A DNA stretch of 64,000 bases from Pseudomonadota bacterium (GTDB lineage Bacteria > Pseudomonadota > Alphaproteobacteria > Rhodobacterales > Rhodobacteraceae): contig JBCBKU010000013.1 in the NCBI GenBank assembly GCA_038521345.1, positions 13,484 to 77,483 on the forward strand, read 5' to 3'. The notes under the pieces are model-generated. The model did not search any database. It saw nothing but the letters and a program-made list of their open reading frames with translations, and had not been told where the DNA came from. Made by a program: the position numbers and the translations under genes. Below are positions 1 to 9,768 of this stretch, piece by piece (position 1 is the first letter of the stretch; each line of letters opens with the position of its first letter).

Positions 1-630
1 ACACCCGCCGCCGCCGTCGGCGTTTTTCTGATCCTGGTCTACGGTCTCGGACTACGCGCCGTGTCGGAAGACGGCCTCACCTGGCCGCGCCTCAGGAACG
101 CGCTGTTGGCCACGGCCAAAACGGCTTCGATGATCTACTTCATTCTCTTTGCCGCAGACATTCTGAAAGGCTTCTTCGCCCGCACCAATCTGCCCGCGGC
201 CCTTAGCGACTGGGCCTCGGCCGCGTCACTCGACCCCTACATGATCCTGATCGCGATGCTCGTGATCCTGATTGTGCTGGGCTGCTTCATGGAAAGCCTT
301 TCGATGATCCTCGTCATCGTGCCGTTCTTCTGGCCGGTTCTGATCCAACTGAACGGCGGCGATTTCGTCAGTCCCGAAGACGCGGCCTTCGGCATGTCGA
401 CAAGTGATCTGAGGATTTGGTTCGGCATCCTCGCGCTGATCGTTGTTGAGTTGGGGCTGATCACACCGCCGGTCGGTCTGAACGTGTTCGTCATCAAATC
501 CTTCTCGCCGATGACCAACATAGCCACAATCTTTCGCGGTGTTGCTCCCTTCTTCGCCATCGAGCTTGTCCGCGTCGGGGTCTTGGTCCTCATGCCCGGT
601 CTCGCGCTCTATCTCACACGAGTCCTCTGA
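1..630 (+). CDS. TRAP transporter large permease (DctM family), 5'-truncated by the window edge
   Basis: Frame 1 is open from nt 1 to the stop at 628-630. Hydrophobic multi-TM sequence carries the DctM-like ITPPVGLNVFV motif. Confidence 0.7.
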   Translation, partial: TPAAAVGVFLILVYGLGLRAVSEDGLTWPRLRNALLATAKTASMIYFILFAADILKGFFARTNLPAALSDWASAASLDPYMILIAMLVILIVLGCFMESLSMILVIVPFFWPVLIQLNGGDFVSPEDAAFGMSTSDLRIWFGILALIVVELGLITPPVGLNVFVIKSFSPMTNIATIFRGVAPFFAIELVRVGVLVLMPGLALYLTRVL

Positions 631-640
631 GGAGCCTGCC

Positions 641-1825
641 ATGACCTCCGTTGTTCAAACACAGGTCTGTATCATCGGCGCCGGGCCAAGCGGCCTGCTC
701 CTTGCCCAATTTCTTGCCAAGGCGGGCATCGACACCGTCGTCATCGACCGGCGCAGTCAGACGTATATCGAGGGGCGCATCAGGGCGGGTGTGCTTGAGC
801 AGGGGAGTGTTGATGCCCTGCAAGAGGCGGGTGTCGCTGAACGACTGCACAACGAGGGTCTGCGCCATGACGGGTTCGATCTTGCCTTTGACGGCGACCG
901 GCATCGCATCGATCTGAAAGCCCTGACCGGCAAATCGGTCACCGTTTACGGCCAGACCGAAGTGACGAAGGACCTGTTTGCCTCTCGCATTGACGACGGA
1001 CAGGTCTTCTTTCTCGACGTCGAAGATGTGGCGCCCACCGATCTCAAAGGTGAGCGATCCCGAGTGGAGTTCCGACACAACGGAGCAGACATCGCCGTCG
1101 AGTGCGACTTCGTCGCCGGTTGCGACGGGTTCCACGGCGTTTCGCGCTCGTGCATTCCGACGGATATCCTGCAAACGTTCGAACGGGTCTATCCCTTCGG
1201 ATGGCTTGGCGTGATGGTCGAGAAACCACCGGTGAGCCACGAACTCATCTACGCAAATCACCAACGCGGCTTCGCTCTTGCCTCAATGCGCTCGGAAAGG
1301 CGCAGCCGATACTATCTTCAGTGCAGCGTGGACGAGGATCTGGCCGAGTGGTCGGACACCCGGTTCTGGGACGAATTGGCGTTGCGTCTTGGCCCCGAGG
1401 CCGCGGCCAACCTCCAGACCGGAGAGGCCTTCGAGAAATCGATCGCGCCATTGCGATCCTTCGTGGCAGAACCGATGCGCTACGGGAACCTGTTCCTTGC
1501 AGGAGATGCGGCGCATATCGTGCCGCCCACGGGCGCAAAGGGCTTGAACCTCGCGATCGCAGACGTCCGCCTTTTGTCGCGCGCGCTCATTGCGCACTTC
1601 ACGCACGGAGACGACCGGCATCTCGATACCTACTCTGAAACGGCGCTGGCACGAATCTGGAAGGTCGAACGATTCTCGTGGCAGCTCTCGATGCTGATGC
1701 ACCAGTTTCCCGAGAACTCGCCCTTTGAGAAACGGATGCAACGGGCCGAGTTTGACTATCTCGCCACGTCAGAGGCTGCGTCGCGATCCATCGCGGAGAA
1801 CTATGTGGGTCTGCCGCTGGCATAG
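641..1825 (+). CDS. pobA: 4-hydroxybenzoate 3-monooxygenase
   Basis: ATG at 641 begins MTSVVQTQVCIIGAGPSGLLLA (FAD GxGxxG fold). PobA-type length of 394 aa with a GDAAHIVPPTGAKGLN motif. The upstream ORF extension is Ser/Pro-rich junk. Confidence 0.9.
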   Translation: MTSVVQTQVCIIGAGPSGLLLAQFLAKAGIDTVVIDRRSQTYIEGRIRAGVLEQGSVDALQEAGVAERLHNEGLRHDGFDLAFDGDRHRIDLKALTGKSVTVYGQTEVTKDLFASRIDDGQVFFLDVEDVAPTDLKGERSRVEFRHNGADIAVECDFVAGCDGFHGVSRSCIPTDILQTFERVYPFGWLGVMVEKPPVSHELIYANHQRGFALASMRSERRSRYYLQCSVDEDLAEWSDTRFWDELALRLGPEAAANLQTGEAFEKSIAPLRSFVAEPMRYGNLFLAGDAAHIVPPTGAKGLNLAIADVRLLSRALIAHFTHGDDRHLDTYSETALARIWKVERFSWQLSMLMHQFPENSPFEKRMQRAEFDYLATSEAASRSIAENYVGLPLA

Positions 1826-1997
1826 ACTGTTCAGGCGCCCAACCCACAGGTCCGCACACCACACGATCCAGTGTGGATCGAAGTTGCCCATGGACTCGCC
1901 CCCACGGTGCTGCAACCGTAAAGGAGCAACTACAATCAGCCCGGCGGAGCGGCGCTTCTGGGTGCCGCCTCATCGGGTCGGAAAGGCATGAAGCGAA

Positions 1998-3608
1998 GTG
2001 ATTAAACATCCCATTGCGATCTTCAGTGAACTCCCGGATCGCACTCCCCGTTATGCGCTGGTGGCAGAGGTCGACCTTGTGGTGGTGCGTTTCGACGACG
2101 AGGTGGCCGTCTACTACGGCCGCTGCCTGCATCGGGGCGCACTCTTGTCGGACGGCCATGTGCGCGGCCGAAACCTGATCTGCAGCCTTCACAACTGGGA
2201 CTACAGGCTCGACACCGGGGTTTCGGAATATGCCAATGAAGAGAAGCTTCCGAAATTCACATCTTGGATTGATGGCGACGACGTCTGCGTCGACGAAGAT
2301 GAAGTCGCGGCATGGGGCCAAGACAACCCCCAGCCTTTCAACCGTGACGCCTATCTGGGGCTCTATGCGGACACCTCGCACGGCACCGCAGAAGAACCCT
2401 ATAACGGCCTGATCCAGCAGTATGCCCGCGACGGCTTGTCGAAGACCGGGCATCACGGTGTTGTGGAATCGATGGGCGTTCCACGCGATGAACTCCCGTC
2501 TTGGGATGATCTGCAAATCCTGACCGCGCAGCTTCAGACCGCCCCCCTTCTTGACGAAGACCCAGTCGGGACGGACGTCGTCATCGGTCCGAATGCACAG
2601 AAGCCGCTGCGGCTCAACATACCCCTCTTTGTGTCCGACATGTCGTTCGGCGCTCTCTCCGAACCCGCGAAAGTGGCGCTGGCGCGCGGCGCCGAACTGG
2701 CCGGAACCGGGATCTGTTCGGGCGAAGGCGGCATGCTGCCCGAGGAGCAGGCGGCGAACAGCCGGTACTTCTACGAATTGGCATCGGCGCGCTTCGGCTT
2801 CTCATGGGAGAAACTCAGCGATGTCCAAGCCTTCCACTTCAAAGGTGGGCAAGGCGCAAAGACTGGGACAGGCGGGCACCTTCCGGGGGTCAAGAACAAG
2901 GGCAAGATCGCCGAGGTGCGCGGCATCGCCGAGGGAGAAGATGCGATTTCGCCGCCCCGGTTCCCGGATTGGACAGAACCTTCCCAGATCAGGGACTTCG
3001 CCGACGAAGTTCGCGACCGAACAGGCGGAATCCCGATTGGTTACAAGTTGTCGGCCCAGCATATCGAAAAGGATATTGACGCCGCGCTCGAGGTGGGCGT
3101 CGACTACATCATCCTGGATGGTCGCGGCGGCGGGACCGGTGCGGCGCCCATTCTCTTTCGCGACAATATCAGCGTTCCCACCATTCCGGCACTGGCGCGG
3201 GCTCGCCGCCATCTTGACGTGCTTGACCGGCGGGACGTGACACTGGTGATCACCGGAGGTCTTCGGAAACCCGCAGATTTCGTCAAGGCCATGGCTCTTG
3301 GTGCTGATGCGATCGCGCTCTCGAATTCAGCCATGCAGGCGATTGGCTGCCTCGCCATGCGCGCCTGCCACACGAACAGTTGTCCGGTTGGGATTGCCAC
3401 GCAGAAACCGCATCTGGTCAACCGCCTTGTGGTCGAGAAGTCGGCCCGCCAGCTTGCAAACTTCTTCGAGGCCTCGGTCGAACTGATGCAGGTGATGGCC
3501 CGTGCCTGTGGCCATGGCCACCTGTCGCATTTCGACGCGAGTGACCTGACCACGTGGAAACGAGAAATGGCCGACCTTTCGGGCGTGGCCTATGGAGGTG
3601 TGTCATGA
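1998..3608 (+). CDS. Rieske [2Fe-2S] domain fused to an FMN-binding glutamate-synthase-family (GltB domain 2-like) domain
   Basis: The N-terminus has CLHRG...CSLHNW (CxH...CxxH). The rest matches the Glu_synthase FMN barrel (SDMSFGALS, GGQGAKTGTGGHLPG, ILDGRGGGTGAAP, ITGGLR). GTG start. Confidence 0.75.
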   Translation: MIKHPIAIFSELPDRTPRYALVAEVDLVVVRFDDEVAVYYGRCLHRGALLSDGHVRGRNLICSLHNWDYRLDTGVSEYANEEKLPKFTSWIDGDDVCVDEDEVAAWGQDNPQPFNRDAYLGLYADTSHGTAEEPYNGLIQQYARDGLSKTGHHGVVESMGVPRDELPSWDDLQILTAQLQTAPLLDEDPVGTDVVIGPNAQKPLRLNIPLFVSDMSFGALSEPAKVALARGAELAGTGICSGEGGMLPEEQAANSRYFYELASARFGFSWEKLSDVQAFHFKGGQGAKTGTGGHLPGVKNKGKIAEVRGIAEGEDAISPPRFPDWTEPSQIRDFADEVRDRTGGIPIGYKLSAQHIEKDIDAALEVGVDYIILDGRGGGTGAAPILFRDNISVPTIPALARARRHLDVLDRRDVTLVITGGLRKPADFVKAMALGADAIALSNSAMQAIGCLAMRACHTNSCPVGIATQKPHLVNRLVVEKSARQLANFFEASVELMQVMARACGHGHLSHFDASDLTTWKREMADLSGVAYGGVS

Positions 3609-5587
3609 CCGATCATCACGACAGCGCAAATCTCGACTGGATTAGCGTCGGGCCGGCGGATTTGCCCGAAGGCCGGGTGAAGACCGTCTCGGCGCGCGAT
3701 CACTACATCTGCCTTTCGCATTTCGACGGCCAATGGGCCGCGATGGACAACCATTGCCCCCATCAAGGTGGCCCTCTGGGCGAAGGCACAATCGAGCGTG
3801 GGATCGATGACAAGTGCTGGATACGATGCCCGTGGCACGGATGGGACTTCGATCCGCTGACCGGAGCACCCCCGGGGGGACACGAAGACACCGGTCAGAA
3901 GACCTACCCCGTCGAGGTCCGAGACGGAGAGATTTTTGTCGGTCTTGAACCGGAACCGCCGCATGAACGGACGGTCACGGATGCGATGGCCGAAACCATG
4001 GTTAATTGGGGCATCGCGCGGGTCTTCGGCATGGTCGGTCACTCTAATCTCGGGCTGGCCGACGCAATCCGCCGACGGACGGTGGACGGTCAGATGTCCT
4101 ATGTGGGGATCCGGCATGAGGGCGCGGCGGCCTTCGCCGCCTCGGCCTATGGCAAGCTTACCGGCATGCCGGCCGCCTGCCTGACCATCGCCGGACCCGG
4201 GGCAACCAATCTTCTGACCGGTCTATGGGATGCCAAAGTTGACCGTGCGCCGGTCCTCGCGCTCACCGGTCAGGTCCAGACGCAGGTGTTCGGCCCGGGT
4301 GCGTTTCAGGACATAGACCTGCATTCAGCCTTCGACGCGGTCAGCCGGTTTTCCCAGACCGTGCTCTCCACGTCGCGACACGCCGAGCTTACCTCGCTCG
4401 CAATCAAGACCGCCTTGGTCGAGCGTGACGTCGCGCATCTGATCTTCCCCGATGATGTGCAGACCCAGCCCAGCGATGCCAAGGCCGCCACGCCGACGGG
4501 CCGCATGGGGGCGCCGATCATCAAACCGTCCGACGGCGACGTGGACGCGGCCGTGGATCTGATCGGATCGGCCAAACGTCCGATGGTGATCATGGGCCAC
4601 GGCGCTTGGGAGGCACGCGACGATATCATTGCACTCGCGGAATCCCTCGGCGCACCGGTCGTCACCACCTTCAAGGGCAAGGGCCTTATCCCCGACAGTC
4701 ACCCGAATGCCGCCGGGGTGCTCGGGCGTTCGGGCACGCCGATCGCGAGCTGGTTCATGAACGAAGCAGACCTGATCATTGCTCTTGGCACCTCGTTTTC
4801 GAACCACACGGGCATCACCCCGTCCAAACCCATCATTCAAGTTGACTTCGAGCGGATGCAGTTGGGCAAGTTCCACCCGGTGACCTTGCCGATCTGGGGC
4901 GAAATCGGTGCCTTCTGCACCGCAGTCGCGCCGCGTATCCGTCGCGGCGCCGGTCCGGATCAGGTCGCCGAACTGGCCGAGCGCTGGGAGATGTGGCGGG
5001 CCGAAAAAGCTGGGCGGTTGGCCGAGGAAGGTTCACGCGGCGTCCATTCCGTTGCGGTTTTCGAAGCGCTTTCGCGCGTCGCGCCTGCGGACGCACTGAT
5101 CGCCGTCGACGTGGGCAACAACACCTATTCCTTCGGACGCTATTTCGAGACCAAGGGCCAACGCGTGATGATGTCGGGATATCTTGGTTCGATCGGTTTC
5201 GCTCTTCCGGCCGCCATGGGGGCATGGGCAGCGACCCAGGATTTTGCCGCGTTTCGGGGGCGCAAGGTGATCTCGGTCTCCGGCGACGGGGGCTTTGGCC
5301 AATACGCGATGGAGATGACGACACTCGTCAAGTACGGCATGGACGTCACGCATGTGCTCTTGCACAATGACGAGCTTGGCAAGATTTCGAAAGAGCAGCG
5401 ATCCGGCGAATGGCCGGTTTGGGAAACGTCGCTCGTGAACCCCTCTTTCGCAGCCTTTGCGCGTCTCTGTGGCGCCCACGGAACCAAAGTCACCGACAGC
5501 GCCGAGGTCGAAACCGCACTTGCGGAAGCTCTGGCGGTCGACGGCCCTGCGCTGGTTGAGATTATGACGGACGCCGAACTGGTCTGA
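3605..5587 (+). CDS. Rieske/NirD-like [2Fe-2S] domain fused to a thiamine-diphosphate enzyme (pyruvate oxidase/acetolactate synthase superfamily)
   Basis: ATG at 3605 overlaps the upstream stop (ATGA). Carries CPHQGG...CPWHGW, then the three ThDP domains (GPGATNLLTGLWDA, GDGGFGQY...LLHNDELG). Confidence 0.75.
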   Translation: MTDHHDSANLDWISVGPADLPEGRVKTVSARDHYICLSHFDGQWAAMDNHCPHQGGPLGEGTIERGIDDKCWIRCPWHGWDFDPLTGAPPGGHEDTGQKTYPVEVRDGEIFVGLEPEPPHERTVTDAMAETMVNWGIARVFGMVGHSNLGLADAIRRRTVDGQMSYVGIRHEGAAAFAASAYGKLTGMPAACLTIAGPGATNLLTGLWDAKVDRAPVLALTGQVQTQVFGPGAFQDIDLHSAFDAVSRFSQTVLSTSRHAELTSLAIKTALVERDVAHLIFPDDVQTQPSDAKAATPTGRMGAPIIKPSDGDVDAAVDLIGSAKRPMVIMGHGAWEARDDIIALAESLGAPVVTTFKGKGLIPDSHPNAAGVLGRSGTPIASWFMNEADLIIALGTSFSNHTGITPSKPIIQVDFERMQLGKFHPVTLPIWGEIGAFCTAVAPRIRRGAGPDQVAELAERWEMWRAEKAGRLAEEGSRGVHSVAVFEALSRVAPADALIAVDVGNNTYSFGRYFETKGQRVMMSGYLGSIGFALPAAMGAWAATQDFAAFRGRKVISVSGDGGFGQYAMEMTTLVKYGMDVTHVLLHNDELGKISKEQRSGEWPVWETSLVNPSFAAFARLCGAHGTKVTDSAEVETALAEALAVDGPALVEIMTDAELV

Positions 5588-5617
5588 CCTCGTCCTCGAC
5601 GGGACAACTGCCGTCTG

Positions 5618-5950
5618 TCAGGCCTCGAATGCGTCGCACTGGGTGACGTGATGATGAATCCGTCCGTCGAAATACTCGGCGACGATCTCGCCTGTCACTT
5701 CTTTGGACTGGAACCGCGGTGCGCTGTCGAGCGCACCCTCCATTGCCGCCAGGTCTGGATAGCTGATGGCGAGAATCAGCGGGAACTCAGGCGCGCCCTC
5801 GTCACGGTCGTCACTGAACATCACACGCACATCCGAATGTCCCGGAAACTGCGTCCAGAGCGGAATAAGCCGCTCGCGAACCGCAGCGCGGAACGCCTCG
5901 GTCTTGCCCGGCTTCACGGACCCCTCGAACAAGGCAAACCGTGTGATCAT
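5618..5950 (-). CDS. EthD/Dabb-like small alpha-beta barrel protein
   Basis: 110 aa. ATGA overlap with the upstream dehydrogenase. The fold-family call is from composition and length only. Confidence 0.45.
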   Translation of the reverse strand: MITRFALFEGSVKPGKTEAFRAAVRERLIPLWTQFPGHSDVRVMFSDDRDEGAPEFPLILAISYPDLAAMEGALDSAPRFQSKEVTGEIVAEYFDGRIHHHVTQCDAFEA

Positions 5951-6834
5951 GCTGGAAACTCCCCTTTTGCGCCCTTGAAAAATTCCATAACGGCCGCCTG
6001 ATCCTCACCGCCCAACCCGGCCGCGGTCAACATCCGGTGGATTTCGGCGCAAAGCGCTGTCATCGGCATCGATGTCCCCGTCTTGCGGGCCAACTCGGCG
6101 ACCATGTTCAGATCCTTGACCATGTTGTCGATCCGACCCGTCCGCCTGTAATCCCGCGTGGCGAACCGGGGCATGTACTCTTGCAAGAGCGCGCTGTCGG
6201 CGCGACCGCCCCGTAGCGCATCCGGGATCTTTGCGGCGTCGACACCTGCATCGATCGCCAGCTGGGTGGCCTCGGCCACAGCCATGAACCCAAGACCGCA
6301 CAATACCTGATTGATCATCTTCGTCGTCTGCCCCGCTCCTGCCGGGCCCATATGGGTCAACGTCGTGGCGAGATCTCCAAGGATAGGTTTGGCCTTGACC
6401 ACATCGTCTTCCCTCCCTCCGAGCATCAGGGTCAACGTTCCGTCGAGCGCCTTTGGCGCGCCGCCGGACAAGGGGCTGTCGACCCAGCCGAGACCAAGAT
6501 CATAAGCCCGCCGCGCGAAGTCCCGCGTGGCGTCGGGCTCGATCGAAGACATGTCGATCAGGGTCGTCCCCGTCGCGGCACCCGAGGCAATGCCGGTCTC
6601 GGCAAAAATCGCAAGGTCGACGATCCGTGCGGCGTTAAGCGACGTGATTACATGGCTGACATTCTGCGCAGCGTCGGCCGCAGATGCTGCGGCGCGCGCA
6701 CCTTTGGACACGAGCGCCTCGACCTTCTCGCGATCAAGATCGAAGACGATCAGATCGTGGCCCTTCTGCAATAGCCGGGTGCCGATGGCACCGCCCATGG
6801 CACCGGCGCCCACAAGACCAATGGAATAGCTCAT
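5947..6834 (-). CDS. NAD(P)-dependent beta-hydroxyacid dehydrogenase (3-hydroxyisobutyrate/tartronate-semialdehyde reductase family)
   Basis: N-terminal IGLVGAGAMGGAIGTRL Rossmann motif at the family-typical 295 aa. ATGA overlap with gntK. Confidence 0.8.
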   Translation of the reverse strand: MSYSIGLVGAGAMGGAIGTRLLQKGHDLIVFDLDREKVEALVSKGARAAASAADAAQNVSHVITSLNAARIVDLAIFAETGIASGAATGTTLIDMSSIEPDATRDFARRAYDLGLGWVDSPLSGGAPKALDGTLTLMLGGREDDVVKAKPILGDLATTLTHMGPAGAGQTTKMINQVLCGLGFMAVAEATQLAIDAGVDAAKIPDALRGGRADSALLQEYMPRFATRDYRRTGRIDNMVKDLNMVAELARKTGTSMPMTALCAEIHRMLTAAGLGGEDQAAVMEFFKGAKGEFPA

Positions 6835-7331
6835 GCGGTAGTCTCCAGAAGGCGCGCCGCCTCTTTGACGATGTCATCCACGGGTTGGTCGATATCGACG
6901 GCGACAGAACACTCATCTTCGGCCGGAGGTTCGAGTGTGTCGAACTGGCTGTCGAGAAGGCTTGGCGGCATGAAGTGGCCCGGGCGTGTCGCCATACGTT
7001 CCGCGATGACGTTTCGAGAACCGGTCAAGTGGAGGAAAGTGATCGGGCGTGCGGCGGCGGCTCGGATCCGGTCGCGATACACACGTTTCAGCGCGGAGCA
7101 TCCGATCAAAAGCGGCCCCGGCTCGATTGCGATCCGCCCGCCGACCCGGTCGAGCCAGGGCGCACGGTCGTTATCGTCAAGGGGGTGGCCCGCAGACATT
7201 TTCGCGATGTTTTCGGGTGGATGCAGGTCATCCCCATCGACATAGGCGACGCAGAGCACTTTGGAGAGACCTGCTCCGATCGTGGACTTTCCGCTTCCGG
7301 CCACCCCCATGATGACGACGCCCCAGCTCAC
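6831..7331 (-). CDS. gntK: gluconokinase (GntK/IdnK type)
   Basis: P-loop VVIMGVAGSGKST followed by DGDDLHP..N..KM..G.PL.D.DR.PWL. The GTG at 7331 overlaps the idnO stop (GTGA). The longer ORF N-terminus is Arg-rich shadow sequence. Confidence 0.8.
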   Translation of the reverse strand: MSWGVVIMGVAGSGKSTIGAGLSKVLCVAYVDGDDLHPPENIAKMSAGHPLDDNDRAPWLDRVGGRIAIEPGPLLIGCSALKRVYRDRIRAAAARPITFLHLTGSRNVIAERMATRPGHFMPPSLLDSQFDTLEPPAEDECSVAVDIDQPVDDIVKEAARLLETTA

Positions 7332-8095
7332 AGCGATGCCGTGATCCCGCCGTCGACGAACAATGTGTGCCCGTTGACAAAGCTCGACGCGTCGGAAGCA
7401 AGGAAGACTGCCGCCCCGACCAATTCGTCGACGCGGCCCCAACGCCCGGCCGGGGTCCGCGTCTCGAGCCAGGCCGAGAAGGTCGGATCGGCCACCAACG
7501 CGGCGTTTAAAGGCGTGTCGAAGTATCCCGGCGCGATCGCGTTGCATTGCAGGCCGTAACGCGCCCAGTCGGTCGCCATGCCCTTGGTCAGGTTCGCGAC
7601 CGCCCCTTTCGTCATCGTGTAGGGTGCGATCCCAGGTCGGGCGAGCGCGGTCTGCACGCTGGCGATGTTGATGATCTTGCCCGCACCGCGGGCGATCATG
7701 TGGCGTGCAGCGGCCTGGCCGACGTGGAAGACACTGGCGATATTGGTTTGCATCAGGCGTTCGAACGCGTCGGCCGGAAAGTCCTCGAGCGGGGTCCGAT
7801 GCTGCATGCCGGCATTGTTGACGAGGATGTCGAGCGGACCGGTCGCTGCCTCAAACCCGTCGACGGCGGCGCGGGCGGCAGCGTGGTCCGTCACGTCGAA
7901 AGCCAATTCCGCCACCTCGGCCCCTTCGTCGCGCAAGGTGGCAGCGGCCGTTGCCAGCTTGGCCTCGTCGCGCCCGTTCAGCACCAAAGACGCACCGGCC
8001 GCGGCAAGCCCCCGTGCCAGTCCGAACCCGATCCCCTGCGAAGACCCTGTGATCAGCGCACGACGACCTCCAAGATCAAACAGCGACGACACCAT
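7328..8095 (-). CDS. idnO: SDR, gluconate 5-dehydrogenase / 5-keto-D-gluconate 5-reductase-like
   Basis: TGSSQGIG cofactor motif, NNAG, and the YxxxK region (YTMTKGAV). Sits next to gntK and idnD. Confidence 0.7.
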   Translation of the reverse strand: MVSSLFDLGGRRALITGSSQGIGFGLARGLAAAGASLVLNGRDEAKLATAAATLRDEGAEVAELAFDVTDHAAARAAVDGFEAATGPLDILVNNAGMQHRTPLEDFPADAFERLMQTNIASVFHVGQAAARHMIARGAGKIINIASVQTALARPGIAPYTMTKGAVANLTKGMATDWARYGLQCNAIAPGYFDTPLNAALVADPTFSAWLETRTPAGRWGRVDELVGAAVFLASDASSFVNGHTLFVDGGITASL

Positions 8096-8148
8096 CAATC
8101 CATTCCCCCCTGAATTCTGTTGACCCAAGGACGCGTGACGACCAAGAG

Positions 8149-8176
8149 TGTTATCGGTAACATGTTACCGGTATCA
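8149..8176. promoter_or_regulatory. Two abutting 14-bp GntR/IdnR-type (LacI-family) operators in the idnO/idnD divergent promoter
   Basis: TGTTATCGGTAACA (8149-8162) and TGTTACCGGTATCA (8163-8176). The same palindromic motif recurs at 15824, 15847 and 16955. Confidence 0.6.
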
Positions 8177-8316
8177 TAGCCTGTCAAGCGGGTTGTTGAC
8201 CGCCGACAGGGGTCCGCAGGAACCAAACAAGACACGCCGCTCGGGCTGGCCATAGCCGGGGATCTGCGCGACAAAAGACATACCGCGGCCCGTGGGGCGA
8301 GGGAAAGGACGACGCG

Positions 8317-9348
8317 ATGAAAACAGTTGTGGCCCATGCGGCGCGGGACCTCAGGATCGAAGACCGCGAAATGCCGACACCCGGTCCGGGCGAGGTTCTA
8401 ATCCGCATCGAGCGCGGCGGGATCTGCGGGTCCGACCTGCACTATTTTGCGCATGGCGGGTTTGGGACCGTCCGGCTGAAGGAACCCATGATCCTTGGCC
8501 ACGAAGTCTCGGGGCGAGTGCATGCGCTGGGCGACGGGGTCGATGGCTTCGAGATCGGTCAGTTGGTCGCGGTGTCCCCGTCCCGCCCGTGCAATGCTTG
8601 CGCTTTTTGCTACGAAGGTCGCCAGAACCATTGCCTCAACATGCGGTTTTACGGGTCCGCCATGCCGTTTCCCCACATTCAGGGGGCCTTTCGTGAGTAT
8701 CTGGTGGCCGATCCCAGCCAATGCGTGCCTGCGGACGGCCTGTCTGCCGAAGCCGCAGCAATGGCCGAGCCCCTGGCGGTGGTCCTGCACGCGGCGCGGC
8801 GCGCGGGTGACCTGATGGGCAAGCGCGTTCTCGTCACCGGATGCGGCCCCATTGGTCAGCTTGCGGTCCTTGTTGCCCGTGCCGCCGGAGCGGTCGAGGT
8901 TGTGGCCACCGACGTTGCCCCCTTCACCCTGACGCAGGCCGAACGGATTGGCGCAGACCGGACCCATAACGTGGCCGCGGATCCGGATGCCCTGTCCGGC
9001 TATTTCGCGGACAAGGGTCATTTCGACGTTCTTTTTGAATGCTCCGGCGTCGCCGCAGCCCTGGCCGGAGCCGTGCCGGCGCTGCGCCCGGGTGCTCTTG
9101 TCATGCAGCTTGGACTTGGTGGGGATATGACCCTTCCCGTGCAGGCAATGACGGCGAAAGAGCTGGAACTGCGCGGGTCCTTCCGGTTTCACGCCGAGTT
9201 TCCCGCGGCAGTCGACATGATGCAGAGCGGGCGTCTGGACGTCATGCCGCTTATCACGCACCGGTTCCCGGTGGACGACGCCGTGCCGGCCTTCGATATG
9301 GCCGCCGATCGCAGTCAGGCGATCAAAGCGCAGATCGCCTTTTTCTAG
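8317..9348 (+). CDS. idnD: Zn-dependent L-idonate 5-dehydrogenase-like alcohol dehydrogenase
   Basis: GGICGSDLHY, GHEVSG and the structural-Zn Cys cluster (CNACAFC) in 343 aa. An RBS GAGGGAAAGG lies upstream. Confidence 0.75.
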   Translation: MKTVVAHAARDLRIEDREMPTPGPGEVLIRIERGGICGSDLHYFAHGGFGTVRLKEPMILGHEVSGRVHALGDGVDGFEIGQLVAVSPSRPCNACAFCYEGRQNHCLNMRFYGSAMPFPHIQGAFREYLVADPSQCVPADGLSAEAAAMAEPLAVVLHAARRAGDLMGKRVLVTGCGPIGQLAVLVARAAGAVEVVATDVAPFTLTQAERIGADRTHNVAADPDALSGYFADKGHFDVLFECSGVAAALAGAVPALRPGALVMQLGLGGDMTLPVQAMTAKELELRGSFRFHAEFPAAVDMMQSGRLDVMPLITHRFPVDDAVPAFDMAADRSQAIKAQIAFF

Positions 9349-9351
9349 GGC

Positions 9352-9768
9352 CTAGGTTTTGGCGCCGATCGCGGCAAGCGCGGCCTCGCCCACTGCAATG
9401 TCCTGCTCGGCGGTTCCCGAGCCGACGCCGATCCCACCGACGAGGTGTCCATTCATCCGGATCGGCAAACCGCCGCCCAGCCCAGTAACCTCGCCTTGTG
9501 TCGCGGCAGCGATGCCGGGGCGGAACCCTTCGGGAACGGTGTGACTGGGTGCACCGATCGAGGCCGCCGTCCGCGCCTTCGAGCGCGCGCTTTTTCGACT
9601 GAGATACTTGGCGCCCGTCATGCGGATCTCGCCCAGAGTCTCGCCGCTGGCGTCCACAATCACAATGCACTGTGGCTGGCCGGTCTCTTCAGCCTTGGCG
9701 ACGGCGGCCGACAGCATCGCGAGGGTGGCGGCATGAGTCAGAGACTCGGTTGGGCGGGTAAAGCTCAT
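9352..9768 (-). CDS. GlcG/HbpS-like (DUF336) heme-binding protein
   Basis: 138 aa with the conserved GGGLPI..NG..VGGIGVSG-type C-terminal motif. ATGA overlap with the lactonase gene. Confidence 0.7.
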   Translation of the reverse strand: MSFTRPTESLTHAATLAMLSAAVAKAEETGQPQCIVIVDASGETLGEIRMTGAKYLSRKSARSKARTAASIGAPSHTVPEGFRPGIAAATQGEVTGLGGGLPIRMNGHLVGGIGVGSGTAEQDIAVGEAALAAIGAKT

